DNA from: Anaerolineales bacterium
GTDB lineage: Bacteria; Chloroflexota; Anaerolineae; Anaerolineales; DRKV01
Direction: 5' to 3'
DNA: 41,308 nucleotides
Assembly (NCBI GenBank): GCA_020061145.1
Contig: JAGUYX010000113.1
Coordinates: 1 to 41,308, forward strand
Of the stretch, positions 35,616 to 41,308 are shown piece after piece. A program made the position numbers and the translations under genes. How positions within the stretch are numbered: position 1 is the first letter of the stretch; every line of letters starts with the position of its first letter. The notes under the pieces are model-generated. The model made no database searches, was not told the DNA's origin, and was given only the letters and a program-made list of their open reading frames with translations.

Positions 35616-36905
35616 TTATTGGTTATTTGTTGCTTCAGGGTTTTGTGGAACCAGGTAGCCACCTTCAGCGGTGATTGGTTGGAGCGATTGAATTGGCTCG
35701 GGAAAGTCGGCCGGTTGGGCAGAGGCCGGCAGAGCCGCCTGTAGTATGGGCTCCGCTTTCTCAATCAACTGGGTGAGCCGCTCCATGCTGCTGATCAACA
35801 GGGCAATCGGCGGTTCATCCATATTCTTTATGATCTCCCTTACGCGTTCTTGCCGCTCTTTGAGGTCTGAGACCTGGGCAGCAGCACCAGAAACAGCGCG
35901 GCGGCTGACCAGGCGGCTCCACAGGATCTGGCAAAAAACCGATAACGGCGGCGCTATGATGATGCCGACCAGGCCAAAAGCATCTGCCATGGCAATGATC
36001 AGGACTACGGTCAGAATGGGGTTATTCCATTTGCCCTTGAAAAGCCGCGGCGTGACCCATACGCCCAGGACAACAAAAATGACCAGGGTATAGAGAGCCG
36101 TGATGATGCTGAGCTGCAAACTGGTCAGCAATCCAACCGAAAGCACTAGAAACACCACCAGGGCTGCCCCAACCACGGGTATCAGGCTTGCCAGAGCGCC
36201 TACCAGCGCCAGCAGGGCCGGGTATGGGGATCCGATCAGCCAGTAACCGAGGCCGAATAACACCCCGGCCAGGAGGCTACGAATAACCTGACTGCGGATA
36301 TAAGCGCCGAGGTCAGGTTCGACTGTCCGCCAGATACCGCGCGCTTGTTTGCGCTGCTCTGAAGGGAGCAGCGAGAGCCAGAGGCGTTCAAAATGAATTT
36401 GGTTGATACTCCAATAGAGGCTAAGGAACAGGATGATGAATACGCCGCTCAGGACACCGGTAATACCCTGCGTGAAACCGAGCAAGGCCGGCAGCACGAG
36501 CTGCCCCTGATCGCCGGTAATTGCTTCGAAGAGCATACTCGGTGGTGGCAGCCGCGAGATCAGCGCTTGTTCGAACAAGCTGCCCTGCAGCCATACCGGC
36601 AAACTCCACGCACCCTGCGTGGACAGAGTGCTGGCTAACTGTTGGATCTCATCGATCGCAGCTTTACCCGTTTGGAAGAGCAAGAACCCGAAGCCACCCA
36701 GGACCACCAGGTACACCAGTATCCAGGCCATGCGCATGACAAAGCCTCGGCCAACCAGGCGGCTTGCCAATGGGCGCTGTGCGGCCGTAAGCGTAAGCGA
36801 GATCAACACATAAACGACGACAATCCGGAACTGCCACAGCACCACCAGCGCCAGCAATGTGGTCATGACTGCTGTCCCGAACAATACTATTTGCTTCTTC
36901 GTCAT
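35616..36905 (-). CDS. AI-2E family transporter
   Basis: Multi-TM, with YIRSQ, SLIPVVG, PRL and FGLVGIIIAPP motifs. Confidence 0.88.
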   Translation of the reverse strand: MTKKQIVLFGTAVMTTLLALVVLWQFRIVVVYVLISLTLTAAQRPLASRLVGRGFVMRMAWILVYLVVLGGFGFLLFQTGKAAIDEIQQLASTLSTQGAWSLPVWLQGSLFEQALISRLPPPSMLFEAITGDQGQLVLPALLGFTQGITGVLSGVFIILFLSLYWSINQIHFERLWLSLLPSEQRKQARGIWRTVEPDLGAYIRSQVIRSLLAGVLFGLGYWLIGSPYPALLALVGALASLIPVVGAALVVFLVLSVGLLTSLQLSIITALYTLVIFVVLGVWVTPRLFKGKWNNPILTVVLIIAMADAFGLVGIIIAPPLSVFCQILWSRLVSRRAVSGAAAQVSDLKERQERVREIIKNMDEPPIALLISSMERLTQLIEKAEPILQAALPASAQPADFPEPIQSLQPITAEGGYLVPQNPEATNNQ

Positions 36906-38176
36906 GGGGTTCCTGAAGGATTAACCTGGGCCAGCAGAGAATCAAGGTCGGTAGTCAGGGCTTCGATCTCATCCATCACCTGGTCTGTTTGCTTGACCAT
37001 CAAGTCTGAGCCTCCTTTATCGAGCCGCGCCTGCTTGCGCAGGTCCTGGGCCAGGACCTGTGCTTCATAGCGCAACCGGCTGACATGGTCGCGGCCAGCC
37101 GAGACCTCCGGCTCCATCACTCCTGGATGGAAGACGAAGCGATCGAGTAAGAGTTGAATAATGGCGGCGATGGGAATTGCCATCAGCGCGCCTGCAATGC
37201 CAAACAAAGAGCTGAAGGCAAAAATCGCCAGCAGGGAGACGAAGGGATTGACCCCCACCGCCTTGCGCATGACGCGTGGTACCAGCAGGCTGTTTTCTAC
37301 TTGCTGAATAACGATTGTCGCAACGATCACCCAGATCAGCTTGGAAGGCGCGATGGATAAGGCGATTACCGCGGCAGGGATGGCGCCGAGCAGCGGTCCA
37401 ACCATAGGTACGACCTCCAGTATGCCTGCCACCAGCGCGAGCACCAGGGCATTGGGCAGGCCAATCAGTAGATAGGCTATCAGCGCCATGATGCCGATGA
37501 CCAGGCTAAGGACGCTTTGCCCGGCTATATAAAAACCAACTTTGGATTCCATGGCCGAAATCAGCTCGCTTATGCTCTCGCGCCGGCTTGCTGGAACCAG
37601 TAGCAATAATGACTGGATGGTTCGCGGCCCATCGAGTGTCCAGTGTAGGGCTAAGAGCAGAATAGCTGTAGTAAGAAAGATGCCTTTAGCCGCCAATCCC
37701 ACGTAACCCAACGCCTGACCTGCAGAAGCCAGCACCTGCACCCCCGTCTGCTGTACAGGCTGCAGGTTTGGAAGTGCCGCGGGAAGGAACTCGCTTAACT
37801 GTACAATCAATTGGTTGGGATGATTAACCATCCACTCACGCAGGCTCTGGTAGTAACCCGGCACGGCGGCAGCAATCGTTGTGCTCTGCTCGACTAACAA
37901 TGGGAACAACAACAGCACAAACCCGATGAGCAGGGCAAGCAGCACGAAGTAGACGAGAATGACCCCCGCCAAACGGGGCAGCCCTCGCTTATGCAACCAG
38001 GTTACAACCGGCCGGATCACCGTGCCGATTACAATGGCAATAAACAGAATGAAAACGACCTGGTTAAAGCGATAGAGAAGCCAGAAGCTGAGGGCGACTG
38101 TAATCAGGATGAGAGTCGCCCATACGACCCGCCGGAATGTCCATTCATTTGGTTGTGAAGGAGGATTGAGCGCCAT
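36902..38176 (-). CDS. AI-2E family transporter
   Basis: YIAGQ, EVVPMVGP, QQVENSLLVPRVM and GALMAIP motifs. Confidence 0.92.
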   Translation of the reverse strand: MALNPPSQPNEWTFRRVVWATLILITVALSFWLLYRFNQVVFILFIAIVIGTVIRPVVTWLHKRGLPRLAGVILVYFVLLALLIGFVLLLFPLLVEQSTTIAAAVPGYYQSLREWMVNHPNQLIVQLSEFLPAALPNLQPVQQTGVQVLASAGQALGYVGLAAKGIFLTTAILLLALHWTLDGPRTIQSLLLLVPASRRESISELISAMESKVGFYIAGQSVLSLVIGIMALIAYLLIGLPNALVLALVAGILEVVPMVGPLLGAIPAAVIALSIAPSKLIWVIVATIVIQQVENSLLVPRVMRKAVGVNPFVSLLAIFAFSSLFGIAGALMAIPIAAIIQLLLDRFVFHPGVMEPEVSAGRDHVSRLRYEAQVLAQDLRKQARLDKGGSDLMVKQTDQVMDEIEALTTDLDSLLAQVNPSGTP

Positions 38177-38334
38177 GCTATTCCTAAACTGCTAATCACC
38201 ACGGAGAAGAAAATCATCTCTTCTCCCTGCCACACTGGCCAATTGTTCCTCGCAGCTTTGCGACAGGGTTACGGCAGCGCAACTGGCCGCGTTACCAGGT
38301 TAATCTTTTAATCGCCAAGGGTCGAGCAAAACCA

Positions 38335-38700
38335 TTAAGGAATACTCGCTACCGCGTCTCGCAGGCGTTCAGCCACTCGCATAGACGTTTCGCTTTTGCT
38401 GATAAACGCATCTGCCCCGGCTGAGAGGGCAGCCTGGTGACGAGGATCCAGATGGCTGATCAGGACGATGACCACTGCAGCCGGGCAGGACTCCCGAAGT
38501 TCTGGCAGGGCTGTCCCAGACTCGCCGGCGACCAGGCCCCAATCCACCACCACCAGGTCTGGGCGGGCGGCAGGAGCCAGGGCTAATACCGTTGGCCAGT
38601 CAGCGGCCTCGCCGACCACCAGCATGTTGAGATCTTGCAAGATAAGACGGAAGGCTGAACGTTCATCAGCCTGAGCATCCGCTAAAAAGGCGCGTTTCAT
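38335..38700 (-). CDS. Stand-alone receiver-domain protein
   Basis: VVGEA, PDLVVVDW, AGADAFISK. The acidic pocket is atypical (LADA). Confidence 0.8.
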   Translation of the reverse strand: MKRAFLADAQADERSAFRLILQDLNMLVVGEAADWPTVLALAPAARPDLVVVDWGLVAGESGTALPELRESCPAAVVIVLISHLDPRHQAALSAGADAFISKSETSMRVAERLRDAVASIP

Positions 38701-38803
38701 ACCATCATTCTATAACAATCACCCCCGGTCCGCATCCATCGACCGAGGGGTGTTTGTCTCCGCCAGTTGGGGGAGAATCGGAAGGCAGCAAGCGGGCTGT
38801 CTG

Positions 38804-39445
38804 TCAGGTAATCAGTCCGCTGCGCAAAGCCAGCGCCACCGCTTCTGACCGGCTGGCGACGCCCAACTTGGAGAGAATGTGGCTGACGTGGGTTTTGATG
38901 GTAGATGGGCTGACCACCAGCTTTTCGGCGATCTGGGTGTTGTTTAAACCTTCGACCATCAGAGCCAGCACAACTCGCTCCCGCTCCGTCAGATCCTGGC
39001 CTGGCGCGGGCGGCTGGTTGGCTGCGTTTACGAGCGCCTGGGCAGCATCAGGAGAGAGAGTGGCGCGCCCCATATGCGCCGCACGGATGGCCCGAGCCAG
39101 TTCATTCGCCGACACATCTTTGAGCAAATAGCCGATCGCCCCGGCCTGCAGCGCGTTTTGAACCATATCCTGCTCTTTGAAGCTGGTCAGGGCGACAACC
39201 TGGACCGTGGGAAACTGCTGGCGGATGAGGCGCGTGGCGACGACCCCATCCATACCCGGCATCATCAGGTCCATCAGGATGACATCGGGCAGGATCCGGC
39301 CACACAGTTCGATGGCAGCCTCGCCGCTATCCGCCTCGCCAGCCAGTTCCAGGTCGTCAAAGACCTTCAAGAAGGTCGCCAATCCGCGGCGCACCATCGT
39401 ATGGTCATCGACTAACATCACTCGAATCGGCTGGGTAGGTTTCAT
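38804..39445 (-). CDS. NarL/LuxR-family response regulator
   Basis: MLVDDH receiver domain and LTERERVVL...KTHVSHILSKL. Confidence 0.95.
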   Translation of the reverse strand: MKPTQPIRVMLVDDHTMVRRGLATFLKVFDDLELAGEADSGEAAIELCGRILPDVILMDLMMPGMDGVVATRLIRQQFPTVQVVALTSFKEQDMVQNALQAGAIGYLLKDVSANELARAIRAAHMGRATLSPDAAQALVNAANQPPAPGQDLTERERVVLALMVEGLNNTQIAEKLVVSPSTIKTHVSHILSKLGVASRSEAVALALRSGLIT

Positions 39446-39447
39446 TA

Positions 39448-41178
39448 CTAACCGGCCTTCTGTTCCTGGGTCTCCAGCCAACGAATAACAATTTCGGTGC
39501 CGTGTCCCGGCTGGCTGGTGATGGATAGCGTCGCCCCCATAGCTGCGGCGCGCTCACGCATCATGCTCAGTCCATAGTGCCCGGGGGGCGTCTGTTCAGG
39601 GTCAAAGCCGCGGCCATCATCCCGGATGCGCAGTTCAACCGCACCCGCCTCATATTGCAGCTGGATATCCACCCGGCTGGCTCCGGCATGCCTGGCAATA
39701 TTGTTCAACCCTTCCTGGCACAGGCGGTAGAGCGCCACCTGCACTTCCGCGGGCAATTTCCCTTCTCCTGTTACGGTCACGCTGATCGGGATGTTCGTCC
39801 GGCCTGCCAGCGCATTTCCCAACAGACGCAGCAGGTCACCCAATTCTGCATCCGTCAGGGTTGAAGGCCGGAGCTCGGCCAACAGCAGACGCATATCGGC
39901 CTGCGCCCCGCGGGTCAACCGGCGTAAATCTTCCAGGGACCGGCGCCCCTCATCCGGGTCTCGCTCCCACAGGCGCGGCAAAACCTCGGCAATCAGGCCG
40001 GCGGAGAAAAGCGACTGGTTGACAGCATCGTGCAGGTTTCGCGCCAGGCGCTGGCGTTCCTCAAGTCTGGCAAGCGCTTGGGCATTTTCGTACAGCTCGG
40101 CATTCACCATCGTGATCGCCGCCTGGTTGGCCACGGTCAGGGCCAGGTCGGCGTGGTGGGCAGTGAAATAATTACGTTCAGCGTGAGCCACCCCGATTGC
40201 CCCAATCATGCTGCCCTTGATGGCCAAAGGCACCCACATCCAGGACTGCACTCCCTCCAGTAGAATGCTCGCCTGGTTATTCAGGAGTGAGCGGAGAAAC
40301 CGTGCCTGCGGGTCAGCGCTTAGCACATCAGCGATCCGGGTAGGCTGGGGCTCGTTGACCAACATGGTCAAAGCCTCCAGACTTTGCAGACCGAATTGGA
40401 AAGGCATAGCCCGCTCCAACAGTTGTGGCCCGCGCACAGCCAGGGCGGCCAGAGTTGAGCCCTCCAGCTTGAAAAGGCCAGCGTGCGTATAATCGATAAT
40501 CATCCGTAATTGATCGAGGATCAGACCTGGCCGCAGTTCGAGAGCGGAAGCCAGCGTTTGGGAGATCTCCAACAAGGTGGACTGTTCGCGTGTGCGCGCA
40601 TCCACCCATTGTTGGAGCATCTGCTCCGCATGGACCCGTTGGCTGACGTCACGAACGATACTCAGGAGGCATAACTTACCCTGATCAGGGAAAGCTGTCC
40701 CATGCAGCTCGACAAAGAATGAGCTGCCGTCCCGGTGCAGGTGCACCTCCAGAGCTTCGGACCGGCCCTTTGATTGAATCGCCTGTACATATGCACGGAA
40801 TAACTCACGACTGTCGGGGTGGATGAAGCGAGTCGGGTGCAGGCCGATGAATTCCTCGCGAGTATAACCGTACATCGTGCACGCCGCAGGATTGGCCTCG
40901 ACCACGAGGCTGGTCTCCAAATCATGGATAATCAACCCGTCGCTGGCGGTTTCGAAGATGCTCTGATAACGCCGTTCACTATCTTCAATCTGGAAAGAGC
41001 GATTTTGGCTCACGCTTCGCAGCGCGGCGTGCACCGCTTGAAGATCTTCCAGTAAGCCCCTTTCTTTGGATTCTGCCGGCCATCGATCGAGAGGGATTGC
41101 AGGAGGAGCATCCGGTTTTTGAGCCATTTGCCGGAGCAGGCTGGACATCAGCGCAAAAAAATCGTCCGCAGGAAACAT
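39448..41178 (-). CDS. PAS-GAF-HisKA_3 sensor histidine kinase
   Basis: PAS (ANPAAC.MYGYTREE), GAF, EERQRLARNLHD, DDGRGF, GLSMMRER. Confidence 0.93.
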   Translation of the reverse strand: MFPADDFFALMSSLLRQMAQKPDAPPAIPLDRWPAESKERGLLEDLQAVHAALRSVSQNRSFQIEDSERRYQSIFETASDGLIIHDLETSLVVEANPAACTMYGYTREEFIGLHPTRFIHPDSRELFRAYVQAIQSKGRSEALEVHLHRDGSSFFVELHGTAFPDQGKLCLLSIVRDVSQRVHAEQMLQQWVDARTREQSTLLEISQTLASALELRPGLILDQLRMIIDYTHAGLFKLEGSTLAALAVRGPQLLERAMPFQFGLQSLEALTMLVNEPQPTRIADVLSADPQARFLRSLLNNQASILLEGVQSWMWVPLAIKGSMIGAIGVAHAERNYFTAHHADLALTVANQAAITMVNAELYENAQALARLEERQRLARNLHDAVNQSLFSAGLIAEVLPRLWERDPDEGRRSLEDLRRLTRGAQADMRLLLAELRPSTLTDAELGDLLRLLGNALAGRTNIPISVTVTGEGKLPAEVQVALYRLCQEGLNNIARHAGASRVDIQLQYEAGAVELRIRDDGRGFDPEQTPPGHYGLSMMRERAAAMGATLSITSQPGHGTEIVIRWLETQEQKAG

Positions 41179-41308
41179 AATCTATAGTTTAACCCAGACT
41201 AACGCACCTGTCACCTTGTTACGATTTCAGGTTTAGGACTGTTTTCCGGGATTGTGCAAGGATAATTCTGTAAATTTGGTCTGGCGACCTTCGCCAGCTG
41301 GTAAAGAA

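Noticed and set aside
1-41308. Alternative genetic code (UGA=Trp/Gly) or nonsense pseudogenes as an explanation for the in-frame TGAs; also CRISPR arrays, integrases and transposases
   Set aside because: TGA is a normal stop in many genes here, while the internal TGAs fall at Cys-type motif positions next to selB/C/D and have hairpins. No repeat array or mobile-element gene was seen.

Overview
Bacterial window (gene content and style suggest Chloroflexota/Anaerolineae, by inference). The left ~28 kb is a selenium island. It opens with a + strand operon for an extracytoplasmic electron-transfer chain: a 13-heme cytochrome c, a PKD protein, and a 9-heme cytochrome c plus cytochrome b (split CbcL-like). 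A run of cryptic selenoproteins follows, which the ORF track breaks at in-frame TGA codons: a thioredoxin-like UxxU protein, a lipoprotein with C-terminal CxU, a SaoT-like CxxU protein, a membrane protein with CPUU, and a 634-aa UGSC-family lipoprotein with four Sec (UUGC and UxU). Each has a similar SECIS-like hairpin downstream, and the run is interleaved with IscU-like, DsrE/SaoD-like and IscS genes. Next come tRNA-Sec (selC), a candidate Sec-containing leader peptide/attenuator, and yedE-yedF-Sec/Cys lyase-DUF3343-selD(Sec)-selB. No intact selA is present, but a 29-codon selA N-terminal remnant lies at the left edge. The island continues with a heme-c sensor kinase/NarL pair and a corrinoid methyltransferase cluster including a Crp-B12 fusion. 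The right ~13 kb (minus strand) is ordinary accessory content with several gene remnants: patatin, GT2, DegV, VIT1, rhomboid, two AI-2E transporters and a two-component system. All calls come from manual reading; no searches or folding programs were run.
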